A DNA stretch of 64,000 nucleotides from a virus. The stretch is taken from IMG/VR virus record IMGVR_UViG_3300013132_006127; one strand, written 5' to 3'. The position numbers were made by a program, and so were the translations under genes. The notes under the pieces were generated by a model that saw only the letters and a program-made list of their open reading frames with translations, made no database searches and was not told the DNA's origin. Shown in pieces: positions 48,902 through 57,723 of the stretch. How positions within the stretch are numbered: the first letter of the stretch is position 1; every line of letters starts with the position of its first letter.

Positions 48902-49468
48902 TTATACCTGTATGCTTAAAAAGTTATCTAGACCCATTTGTTCTATAAGTTTGAGGTAGCCCTCGTATAAAACAATACCGTCCTCGCTACCTTGGAGCAA
49001 AGGAATCATAACATTGGCCGTGAGTTCGTCTCCTGCCGCCCTTGCTGCCGCAATAGTAGCCTTCTCTGCCGCCGCAGCCTCTCTTACAGAATTCAAATTA
49101 TATCGAATCATAGCAACCATATCATGACGAGTCCATGAAGGAGGATTAACTACTAATGGTTGATAATCAATATCAAAGAACTCCAATCTAGTAAGATTAA
49201 TCATAGCGTGTTTATGCTCTTCTTCTGCGTCAGCCTTTATAATATCTGCTAATTTTTTATAGCCCCATCTTTCTAAATGCACAGCTTGAGCAGATAAAGA
49301 TGTTGTTTGCTGCCAGTGTATATTTAGTGATGTTTTCAGTAATTCTATAACGTTCTGATTAGAATAACCATTAACTACCTGTGCTTTAGATTCTTGAGGT
49401 GTTTCGATATCCATTTTCTGTGTTTGTCCTTCCTGTACTTCTAATAATTCAGAAATTTTTTTAATCAT
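48902..49468 (-). CDS. Bacterioferritin-like protein with degenerate ferroxidase centre
   Basis: WGYKKLA, EEEHKHA, RLEFFD, LIEQMGLDNFL match the Bfr framework. Confidence 0.8.
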   Translation of the reverse strand: MIKKISELLEVQEGQTQKMDIETPQESKAQVVNGYSNQNVIELLKTSLNIHWQQTTSLSAQAVHLERWGYKKLADIIKADAEEEHKHAMINLTRLEFFDIDYQPLVVNPPSWTRHDMVAMIRYNLNSVREAAAAEKATIAAARAAGDELTANVMIPLLQGSEDGIVLYEGYLKLIEQMGLDNFLSIQV

Positions 49469-49474
49469 TTTGTC

Positions 49475-50032
49475 TCACCATGCCTTACATGACCAGTAAC
49501 GGGCCTTCCATTTGGGGCCAGGATTACTACAGTTATGTCTGGCTCTGAAACTCTTACGTCTTGATGGAATATTCTTTTTAATTTTCATATTTGGATCGCC
49601 AAAATTTACTTTAACTACATTCCCTTTTTCATTTTTTACATAGACACTAAACTTTTTAGGACCATCTGGTGTTCTAAAAGGCTTATTTAAAGTAACTTTT
49701 TTACCCTGGTATTCTGAAGCTATAATATGAGAAACATCATAATCCTCTGTTTCTTCACCAGCATCAATATAATCTTCGTCACTAGGTAAAATTAGGTTTA
49801 AATCGGTCAAGTTTTCCACACTACCGCATTCTTCGCAATCCAAATTGCTCATAAATCCTAATATTTCTAATACTTGATCTATTAATCCTGCTTTTGATCT
49901 CTTGGTTTGACCAAGACATACCGCCACTCTTTGCTTACTATCGGGATAGTCTTTTTTCATAGTTTCATTACCCATACAGCGGGAAACAAACTTAGAACTA
50001 TCTTCATTTTTTTCTGGTTGTGGAATGGGCAT
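49475..50032 (-). CDS. Two-domain phage hypothetical protein
   Basis: N-terminal FVSRCM...QRVAVC module; basic C-terminal FGDPNM...RRKSFRARHNC...ARYWSC module. Confidence 0.65.
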   Translation of the reverse strand: MPIPQPEKNEDSSKFVSRCMGNETMKKDYPDSKQRVAVCLGQTKRSKAGLIDQVLEILGFMSNLDCEECGSVENLTDLNLILPSDEDYIDAGEETEDYDVSHIIASEYQGKKVTLNKPFRTPDGPKKFSVYVKNEKGNVVKVNFGDPNMKIKKNIPSRRKSFRARHNCSNPGPKWKARYWSCKAW

Positions 50033-50050
50033 AAAAACTCCTTGTTGTGT

Positions 50051-51127
50051 CTAATTACTAATACACCTCAAAAGTTTATCCGTAGCATTGGACCAACTCA
50101 ACATATTGGCTGTTTTAAGTCCTTCTTCATTGGTACTAATATGGTTTTTATACATATGTCTCATATAATCAACAAATTGATCTTTTTGTTTTTTATCTAT
50201 TTTAGCCCATTTTCCTGTTCCAAAAAAGTATTTACCATCATAAGCGTCCTCAAGATCTGTAATATCAACCAAAAAAGCATTAGTAGGAGTACAGAACTCG
50301 GTGTGTGCTGAATAATTAGTTGTAATTACTGGTTTGTTCATGGCCATCATTTCTAATAGCTCTAAATTCCACCCCTCTGCTCTACTAGGGAAAATACCGC
50401 AATCAGCATAAGATAATAGTTTAGCAACTTCTTCTTGAGTATTTAGTCTAGGAAAAATTTTGATTTTTTCTTTTAGAGGACCATTAGAATATAAACTATG
50501 CCATTGTTGAAGTTCTGTAGCAGGAAATGCTAGCTCGCTAGATGATGCCGCTATCCATAGCTCTACATCGTCTTCTTTAGTAAAAGCTTCATTAAATAAT
50601 TCTATTAAAATATCGTGTCCTTTTCTAACCTCCCATTTTCCAATATTCATAAAAACAAATTTATCTTTAGGTTTCATATCTGATTGAATGGTATGATTAA
50701 ATAAAGACTGATCAACACCTAGAGGTACAACGTTAATTTTTTTATTCACATTGTTTTGCTCTAGAACCTTTTTTGCCCATTCGGAAGATACAATAATTTC
50801 ATCTACATTGTTTAGATGATGAATTTCTTTATTGGAAAGTTTTGTCAATTCAAAAAACGGAAAAGCAAAATATTTTCCGGTGCCAATTCTAGCACCTAGA
50901 TCGAATTGATGCCAAATTTTTAAGCATGGCGCTTCTTTATCATATGTGTCCTGCTTTTGCATAGCATCAAAAGCTAATTTATAGTCCGCTTCGTTATCTG
51001 CGTGAATCTGATTGCCTATCAGGAATAAGACCGGTTCGTGTTTCTTTTCTATTAAACACTTAAGATAATTCAGACCAGCGACACCATAGCCAGTATATCC
51101 TATAGGACTATAATAATTAATGTTCAT
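50051..51127 (-). CDS. GT4-family glycosyltransferase
   Basis: TGYG, GKWEVRKG, PSRAEGWNLELLEMMA. Confidence 0.88.
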   Translation of the reverse strand: MNINYYSPIGYTGYGVAGLNYLKCLIEKKHEPVLFLIGNQIHADNEADYKLAFDAMQKQDTYDKEAPCLKIWHQFDLGARIGTGKYFAFPFFELTKLSNKEIHHLNNVDEIIVSSEWAKKVLEQNNVNKKINVVPLGVDQSLFNHTIQSDMKPKDKFVFMNIGKWEVRKGHDILIELFNEAFTKEDDVELWIAASSSELAFPATELQQWHSLYSNGPLKEKIKIFPRLNTQEEVAKLLSYADCGIFPSRAEGWNLELLEMMAMNKPVITTNYSAHTEFCTPTNAFLVDITDLEDAYDGKYFFGTGKWAKIDKKQKDQFVDYMRHMYKNHISTNEEGLKTANMLSWSNATDKLLRCISN

Positions 51128-51164
51128 TTAGTTTGTTCCTTTAATTTTGATATTTCCTCGAAAC

Positions 51165-52340
51165 CTATACTCCGAATATAGGATTTTTATTTGAATGTAT
51201 TTGCGAAGCTCTACAGAATTGACTACATCTCGGCATGTGCTTAATAGATCTAGAACCGATATAACAACAACAAGATCTTATTCCACCTAAAAGTTCTTGA
51301 ACTATTTTAGTCACTGTTCCTTTATACGTAACACTAATTTTCGTTCCTTCAGAAGCTCTGTAGTCTTTTTTACCTTCTTCAAAAATATCTTGAGAATGAT
51401 GAGTACTCATGCCATAGTATGTAAATTTTGTTTTTCTTTTTTCAGTTTCGTTACTGGGGCATATAGGTTGCCACCAGTCAACGGTGTCTTTATATTCATC
51501 TATGTCGTGTTCATTTTTTATTGTTCTTACTAAGGATGCCTTGTACTCATAATCCCATTCTCCGTCACATGCGTCTGATCCTGCAAAGTACCCTCCAAGC
51601 ATAACAAAATCAGCTCCAGCACATAAGGCTTTACAAACATCTCCTACTGTTTTATGTCCACCATCTGAGCATATTAGTCCTAGTTTTTTAGGACCGTTTT
51701 GTAAACCATGAGCAACATAAGAATTCTCTAAACATGAAGATAACTGAGGAACCCCGCATCCTGTTAAAAATCTGGTCGTACAGGCAGACCCTCCTCCTAT
51801 GCCTACTTTTACTATATCAACACCTCCGTAGATTAGTAGTTCTTGCGTTGATGCCGTATGGGTAACATTTCCTGCGATAATAATAGATTCTGGAAAATGT
51901 TCTCTTACTTTTTTGCAATACTTAACAAATACATCCATATGTCCATTTGGAACATCGACACATATATTAGGTTGTTTTCCTCCCATATGTTTTTTTAATT
52001 CGAGTAAATGTTCAAGATCACTTTTTTTATACCCAATAGAAACAAAAGTATAATCTATATTTTCAGGATGCTTATAAAAATAATCGGCAAGTTTTAATGG
52101 GCAATGATATTTATGTAAACAAGCTATCATTTTATGTTTAGCTAATTCTTTTGCCATATCAAAAGAACAAAAACTCATATTAGCACATATAACAGGAATA
52201 CCTGTCCATGTTCTAGTAGAGTGATAAAATTGAAATGTTCTCTCTAAATTAATTTCAGATCTACTTGTAAGAGTGGATCTTTGAGGAACTATAAGAACAT
52301 CATCAAAATCCAATTTTAGTTCATTTATTATTTTCTGCAT
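51165..52340 (-). CDS. guaC: GMP reductase; start refined to MQKII
   Basis: LDFDDVLIVPQRSTL, GIGGGSACTTR, SDGG, YGMS, YRASEG. Confidence 0.88.
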   Translation of the reverse strand: MQKIINELKLDFDDVLIVPQRSTLTSRSEINLERTFQFYHSTRTWTGIPVICANMSFCSFDMAKELAKHKMIACLHKYHCPLKLADYFYKHPENIDYTFVSIGYKKSDLEHLLELKKHMGGKQPNICVDVPNGHMDVFVKYCKKVREHFPESIIIAGNVTHTASTQELLIYGGVDIVKVGIGGGSACTTRFLTGCGVPQLSSCLENSYVAHGLQNGPKKLGLICSDGGHKTVGDVCKALCAGADFVMLGGYFAGSDACDGEWDYEYKASLVRTIKNEHDIDEYKDTVDWWQPICPSNETEKRKTKFTYYGMSTHHSQDIFEEGKKDYRASEGTKISVTYKGTVTKIVQELLGGIRSCCCYIGSRSIKHMPRCSQFCRASQIHSNKNPIFGV

Positions 52341-53073
52341 ACTCTTTCCATGTGGGATAAGGTGTGGATCTAAGATTATTTGATGTAAAGGGAGACCTAT
52401 GGTTATAGTAGTGCCAGATAGGATCCTGTACATAGGTTCCATTTTTAGCTCCTATGTTTTGAACTCTTGATATCATAGGTCGTACCTGAGAATATTTATT
52501 TTTGAATAGGTTTTCTTGTAAATGAGAATCCCAAGACTGAGGATTCATAAAATCTAATTGTTTTGTCCAGTTATCTAGTATTATATCTTTCTTAGATTTC
52601 CAGAAAGCACAACCCCAGCAGCAAAAAAATTGTTCATCAAATACTGAAAAATAATTATTACTATCCAATTCTTCTGTTTTATTATAACCTGATATAGAAA
52701 TAACAGAATTAGAATTTTCATATTTACATAAAGAATAGACATAGAAATCTATAGCATCATATGCTAGTACCGTATCATCTTCTAAATGTAGAATTGCTTC
52801 ATGATTATTAATAGCTTCCGTTATGGCTTCTTGAGTATTCTTATTGCAGCCCACGGGAGGTTTATTACACGTTATTTTAGTCTCTATCCAATCTATATCT
52901 TCAATTAATTTTAAAACAGCATCATTATTATAATCAATATGTGGATAGAAAACAAAATTATGTTTACCATAATAAGATAGAGACTCTTTAAGAGAATCTA
53001 TAACTTGCTTAAGATAATCCGCTCTTTTGTAACAAGTAAGAGAGATACCTAGGTCTATATCAGTGTTTTTCAT
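52321..53073 (-). CDS. GT-A glycosyltransferase
   Basis: YKRADYL, LEDD, CWG, SWD, SRVQNIG. Confidence 0.75.
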   Translation of the reverse strand: MKNTDIDLGISLTCYKRADYLKQVIDSLKESLSYYGKHNFVFYPHIDYNNDAVLKLIEDIDWIETKITCNKPPVGCNKNTQEAITEAINNHEAILHLEDDTVLAYDAIDFYVYSLCKYENSNSVISISGYNKTEELDSNNYFSVFDEQFFCCWGCAFWKSKKDIILDNWTKQLDFMNPQSWDSHLQENLFKNKYSQVRPMISRVQNIGAKNGTYVQDPIWHYYNHRSPFTSNNLRSTPYPTWKEYAENNK

Positions 53074-53266
53074 AAAGTATTTTTAAGAAGAAATCCGTAT
53101 CAAAACAATCATCTTTGTGCCATCCTCTTTCAGAGACACAAATTGTTGGAGAAAAAATTATTCCTTTTCCATAGAATTTTTCCAACACAGCAAGTATAGC
53201 TGATTCTATGGTTTGTTTGTCTATCACAGATTGCATACTACCAGATTGTATATAATATTTAGGCAT
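53060..53266 (-). CDS. Hypothetical protein
   Basis: Overlap-coupled ORF. Confidence 0.55.
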   Translation of the reverse strand: MPKYYIQSGSMQSVIDKQTIESAILAVLEKFYGKGIIFSPTICVSERGWHKDDCFDTDFFLKILYEKH

Positions 53267-53804
53267 TGTTTTCTATGTTAAAAAAATACCATCTTTTATA
53301 GAAGTCAATCTCGGGACTACTGTTGATATACACTATATGGTTTTTTAATTCTGACCACGATGAAAAAATCATTTGATGGGGAATCGTACCGAATAACCAG
53401 TCTGGAGTATGTTTCTTTCCTTGTACCATATGTATAAGAATTGGTTTCTTTTGTCTATTAGCCCAAAAAATTTCTTCTAGAGTACCACAAGGATGAATTT
53501 CTAAATCTAGATTGACAATTAAAAAATCACTAATATCAACCATCCTGAGATCAACGTTTCTAATTTCTTTCATTAGTTTAGTTAATTCATCATAATTTTC
53601 TTCATGCTTTAATTTTTGTTTAATTCCATGAGTATTTTCATCTTCAACACCTATATTAATTGGTTTATATATAGGATTCAATACTCTAACACCCATATTC
53701 TTTAAGAATGGCGTTATATCGTCTCTCCATGTTGCTCCTCTGTCAGCCACTCTATCCATTGGCCCAGCAAGATATACTCTCTGATGATTTAGTCTATTTA
53801 ACAT
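53259..53804 (-). CDS. Nucleoside 2-deoxyribosyltransferase-like protein
   Basis: VYLAGPM, DLRMVD.SD, GTLEEI. Confidence 0.8.
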   Translation of the reverse strand: MLNRLNHQRVYLAGPMDRVADRGATWRDDITPFLKNMGVRVLNPIYKPINIGVEDENTHGIKQKLKHEENYDELTKLMKEIRNVDLRMVDISDFLIVNLDLEIHPCGTLEEIFWANRQKKPILIHMVQGKKHTPDWLFGTIPHQMIFSSWSELKNHIVYINSSPEIDFYKRWYFFNIENNA

Positions 53805-53810
53805 CGGTCT

Positions 53811-53951
53811 CTATTCTCTCAATAGATAACTAATAATATTAGGGTATTCTTTGGAAGCTGGTAATTCACCATCTCTAGTATTAGAGATTTTAGTCATAGC
53901 ATTGAGTATTCCAACTAATATACCTAAAAAAATAACACATTCTAATAACAT
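53811..53951 (-). CDS. Small 46-aa membrane protein (not in ORF track)
   Basis: MLLECVIFLGILVGILNAMTKISNTRDGELPASKEYPNIISYLLRE fills the gap. Confidence 0.5.
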   Translation of the reverse strand: MLLECVIFLGILVGILNAMTKISNTRDGELPASKEYPNIISYLLRE

Positions 53952-53957
53952 GATAAT

Positions 53958-54746
53958 TTAACTCCAAGTTTCAGATTTTCTCCCAGACCAATTTGTTCCT
54001 ATCGAACCTAAATGATGCACAGCAAAGTTTAGGGTTTTTTTCTGTGGAAAAGCCCAGTATGTTCTAGCGAAATCCATATCGTACTTGTCCGCTGTGCTAT
54101 AGTAGTTGAAAACATTTTGACGGGCTACCAGCGGTTCTCTAATAGAATTAACATGAAATAGATGAAAATATCCATAAAAAAAACATTTTTCTAATTTAGA
54201 TACTTTATTCTCATAATCTGTTTTACATTCATATACTTCTCTAGCACATCCAAATAAACATTCTTCTATCGGTATATCATTTGGATTATGTATATTCTTA
54301 TTAGAGTCTTGATTAGTATTGTATATTAATTTTGAGTCTGTGTGTTTTTTTCTACCAAAATACAATGGTATACCGTTACCCACAGAACTATCGTTAGGAA
54401 TAATAATAGATTCTAAGTTTTGCTTATTGTAATAATATTTAAATCTTTCTAAGGATTTATTCAAAACTATGTCTGCATCCAATAGCAAAATCCAATCTAG
54501 TGATTCTATGTCCAAAGAAAGAAAAAATTCGTTTAGCGCACTAGATTTACTAAATTTATCATTATTATTGTAAAAAGCATCAGTAGCATAACAGTTAATA
54601 TTGTTATCTTTACAGAAATTATGTGTTGGTTCATCTTTTAGATCCGTAATTATAGTGTAGTCATCTATTTCAGATTTATTAAGAACCCATGTATAACCCA
54701 GTAGGTCCATATAATTCACTGCTACAGATATTGTTTTTATATTCAT
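53958..54746 (-). CDS. GT-A-like glycosyltransferase
   Basis: FSKSSALN, WILLLDADI, GYFHLF, HLG. Confidence 0.65.
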   Translation of the reverse strand: MNIKTISVAVNYMDLLGYTWVLNKSEIDDYTIITDLKDEPTHNFCKDNNINCYATDAFYNNNDKFSKSSALNEFFLSLDIESLDWILLLDADIVLNKSLERFKYYYNKQNLESIIIPNDSSVGNGIPLYFGRKKHTDSKLIYNTNQDSNKNIHNPNDIPIEECLFGCAREVYECKTDYENKVSKLEKCFFYGYFHLFHVNSIREPLVARQNVFNYYSTADKYDMDFARTYWAFPQKKTLNFAVHHLGSIGTNWSGRKSETWS

Positions 54747-54752
54747 TTTATT

Positions 54753-54935
54753 TTATTTTAACAAATGATCAATTTCGCTATAATCTTTTCGAGATATTGA
54801 ATCAAAACTTCTTATTTGTACAGCCAATTGCCTGGCTATCTGTTCCAATTTACCAACAACTTTGGGGTCATCTTTGTGCTTATACAATAATCTTTTTGCT
54901 AACCACATCAAAAATTCACAATCAGACATATTCAT
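54753..54935 (-). CDS. Hypothetical protein
   Basis: ATGA-coupled ORF. Confidence 0.55.
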   Translation of the reverse strand: MNMSDCEFLMWLAKRLLYKHKDDPKVVGKLEQIARQLAVQIRSFDSISRKDYSEIDHLLK

Positions 54936-55498
54936 CTGGACGCACCATAGTTATAAACAAACACTTTTTGATCACTCCAAATATCTTCAATCAAATCAGA
55001 AACAAACTCCCATCTACCTCCAGCTAAACCTGTACCAAACTTAGGACAATGAATCTCAAAGTTTTCTGATGAGTCTTCTTTCTTTAGATTCTTGGTATGA
55101 TGCTTAACTTTTATCATACACTGTACCAAAGCAGCATAGTTTAATGGTCTACGATTATTTTGTCCTCTTAAACCATTTTGTGCTATCATATTGACAAAAA
55201 TAAGTTTATGACGATATTTATTGTTGTGATTAATATCTACACACTGTATATTTCCAAGACTATTCTTTAGTACTGTTGGTCCTATCAGATGATAATTTTC
55301 TTTAACCGAAGGATATTTTTCCGCTAATACTCCAGCAAAACCAGCTCCGAAAGAATTAATATTATTGCAAACATGAGGAACTATTATAGATGATCCATTT
55401 GGACCGGCATTCAATCTATCGTAAATAAAATTAAATAAGTCACCATTATATAGACTGTAAGTTACATTGTAATCGTTTAAAACTTTAGACTTTTGCAC
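54932..55498 (-). CDS. Macrodomain (TARG1/DarG/Tk.4-like ADP-ribose hydrolase)
   Basis: GDLF, PHVCNNINSFGAGFA, PKFGTGLAGGRW. Confidence 0.82.
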   Translation of the reverse strand: MQKSKVLNDYNVTYSLYNGDLFNFIYDRLNAGPNGSSIIVPHVCNNINSFGAGFAGVLAEKYPSVKENYHLIGPTVLKNSLGNIQCVDINHNNKYRHKLIFVNMIAQNGLRGQNNRRPLNYAALVQCMIKVKHHTKNLKKEDSSENFEIHCPKFGTGLAGGRWEFVSDLIEDIWSDQKVFVYNYGASR

Positions 55499-55519
55499 CG
55501 TACACCTCCGTTGATCTGA

Positions 55520-55768
55520 CTATACCAGACGGTTCCACTTTTGTAAAGGGCATTCTTGATCGGCCCAGGCTAATTTATTCATGAAAATCTTTTTTTGGCT
55601 AATCGCACAGCCACAAACACCACATTCTGATCTTAGTTTATTGAACTTTTCACAAGTCAAACATATTTCATATCTTTGATTAATCTGTGCTTGGGTGGAT
55701 TTTGGAAATCCTGCATAAACATGAAACCACAAAGACTTAAGAAACGTTTGTATTTTGAGTAATATCAT
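55520..55768 (-). CDS. Small Cys-rich Zn-binding protein
   Basis: RYEICLTC...CGVCGC...CPLQKW. Confidence 0.7.
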   Translation of the reverse strand: MILLKIQTFLKSLWFHVYAGFPKSTQAQINQRYEICLTCEKFNKLRSECGVCGCAISQKKIFMNKLAWADQECPLQKWNRLV

Positions 55769-55988
55769 CTTTAGCAGTCTCTTTAAATGGAATAATATTG
55801 TTTTCTTTATCTAATCTATATATCACAAGATGATCGATTAAAGTATTGCTATTAAACCACCTAGATGCTCCTTTGGTAAGAGACACACATAATCTATCAT
55901 TATTTTTCTTAAAATCTGTGGTAACGATAAAAAATTCATTATTAATTGAAAAACAATCTCCACACTCAAGTTCCTCTACAAATTTCAT
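55737..55988 (-). CDS. Hypothetical protein
   Basis: GGAGA RBS and an upstream promoter. Confidence 0.6.
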   Translation of the reverse strand: MKFVEELECGDCFSINNEFFIVTTDFKKNNDRLCVSLTKGASRWFNSNTLIDHLVIYRLDKENNIIPFKETAKDDITQNTNVS

Positions 55989-56011
55989 ACAGTATCTCCG
56001 TTACTGTTCTT

Positions 56012-56039
56012 ATAGTAAGAATCGGAGAAGAAATCACAA
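56012..56039 (-). promoter_or_regulatory. Sigma70-like promoter
   Basis: TTGTGA-N16-TACTAT(AAGA), same extended -10 as the ssb promoter. Confidence 0.55.
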
Positions 56040-56053
56040 GATACGTAACTATA

Positions 56054-57358
56054 CTAATTTATTGGCTCTATGTTTACAATAAAACGTCCTCCTAAAGCAA
56101 CTTTACTGTGTTCTACCGCGAAAAAGTTATAGTTTCTAAAATTATAACGCACAACAATATTATCTCCTGAAGTATTACCAGAATAATCTATTGATGCTAT
56201 TCTATTCTCTGATCCAAGATCGATATATAGGTCACTAGTATCCGTTTGTGTTTTCTTTGTGATATTATTACAGTTTTTTATTTTAATTTTTATTTGTTTA
56301 GGAAAGGTATGTTTTGGTATTTCCGTAGAACATATTTGTTGATTACCATTTGGTCCTAATAAAGAAGTACCTCCCTTCCACCAATTATTATCAGGGTCTG
56401 GCGGAAATTTAACATCGTAAAGAACAGGATGTTTACTTTGATCTTCTACAAGAGTTGCTACATATTTTTTTTGTTCATATTCATGAAACTTTGATAACTC
56501 TTGTGCGGACATAAGAGTTTCTATAAAACAATTTACTACTGTTGGATTAATAATATAATTTTTTGCTGGTATAGCTGAACCTACTTGATAAATTTGTTCT
56601 CTTTGTATTTCACATTTAATAGTAATAGAAATAATTCTTAAATCTTCTATATCTCCGTATATTCCTCCTTGCCCTGTAGGGAGTATGCTTTCTTCAAAAT
56701 CGATATTACTTCTATTTGCGACAATTACATTATCCGGAATCACGTCCCTATTAGGAGCAGGGATACACCCAGGATTGGCTGGACAATCTGGTGGCTCAAC
56801 TAGTGGATTTCTGGATCCATCTTGAGGATTCTGAGGCTCAAGAAAACTGTCTGATGATAGCCAATTTTTATTATTACCTTGCAAAGTAATTTTTTCTGAA
56901 AAATTATCAGGTGTTAAAGTATATTCTATATTAGAAATAGACATACCAGTACATCTAACCGTCTGTATAGGTTCCCCGCTCGCAAAACTATTAGTATCTG
57001 GCCAAATACCAAGATACATATCTGATCTTCTTTGACCAAGATCATAGATGTTTTTTTTGCTACTATCTGCAACTATACCTTGTGTAAGCAAAAGATATAA
57101 TGGAGGTTTATTATCTATAATTTTAGATAATTCCATCTCGATATTGGTATCGGTTTTGAGTTGGTCGTACAATGCTAAAGAGCCAAATTGAGGTACTGGT
57201 TCGTAGTCCATTTCTGTGTTCAGAGAAACACTTTGCAAACCTTGTAATTTAATTTTTTGACCAAGTTTAACACCAAAAGAATCTATTGGCTCGGCTGCTA
57301 CTGCTTGTATAGCATAATATATTCTTTTATTTTTATGTTCCTCATTTTTGTTTGACAT
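56054..57358 (-). CDS. Putative tail-tube-like structural protein (divergent)
   Basis: NKRIYYAIQAV...GLQSVSLNT...; resembles, from recall, tube proteins of large phages; Pro-rich inserts. Confidence 0.4.
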   Translation of the reverse strand: MSNKNEEHKNKRIYYAIQAVAAEPIDSFGVKLGQKIKLQGLQSVSLNTEMDYEPVPQFGSLALYDQLKTDTNIEMELSKIIDNKPPLYLLLTQGIVADSSKKNIYDLGQRRSDMYLGIWPDTNSFASGEPIQTVRCTGMSISNIEYTLTPDNFSEKITLQGNNKNWLSSDSFLEPQNPQDGSRNPLVEPPDCPANPGCIPAPNRDVIPDNVIVANRSNIDFEESILPTGQGGIYGDIEDLRIISITIKCEIQREQIYQVGSAIPAKNYIINPTVVNCFIETLMSAQELSKFHEYEQKKYVATLVEDQSKHPVLYDVKFPPDPDNNWWKGGTSLLGPNGNQQICSTEIPKHTFPKQIKIKIKNCNNITKKTQTDTSDLYIDLGSENRIASIDYSGNTSGDNIVVRYNFRNYNFFAVEHSKVALGGRFIVNIEPIN

Positions 57359-57362
57359 ATTA

Positions 57363-57563
57363 TTACTTGTAATAGTCTTTCCATTCTTCCCACAACTCTT
57401 CTTCTTCTAAGTTTCTCATCTTATTTTTGAGCTCTTTTTTGAGAGCACTATTTCTAAGACTTTCTTCATTTTTTTCTTTTTTATCTAAATTCTTATTTTG
57501 AAGAGTTTCTCGTCTAACAATCTTCCTATCAACTTCTGCGTTTTGTTTTTTGTTTTTTTTCAT
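57363..57563 (-). CDS. Small charged hypothetical protein
   Basis: First gene after the divergent promoter. Confidence 0.55.
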   Translation of the reverse strand: MKKNKKQNAEVDRKIVRRETLQNKNLDKKEKNEESLRNSALKKELKNKMRNLEEEELWEEWKDYYK

Positions 57564-57616
57564 TTCTGGTTAATTTTAAAATCGAAAAGTACCTTGTCTT
57601 ATCGAAGGCTTATCTT

Positions 57617-57644
57617 AATATACTAAGAGGAACGGTTTTGTCAA
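57617..57644 (-). promoter_or_regulatory. Leftward sigma70-like promoter
   Basis: TTGACA-N16-TATATT(AAGA). Confidence 0.65.
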
Positions 57645-57667
57645 CCTTGCAAGTACACAAAATCACC

Positions 57668-57695
57668 TTGACTATCTCTACAAATCCATTATATG
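57668..57695 (+). promoter_or_regulatory. Rightward sigma70-like promoter for the plus-strand cassette
   Basis: TTGACT-N16-TATATG, back-to-back with the leftward promoter. Confidence 0.5.
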
Positions 57696-57723
57696 TTATA
57701 CAGCCGGGGTGATAATACTTCTT

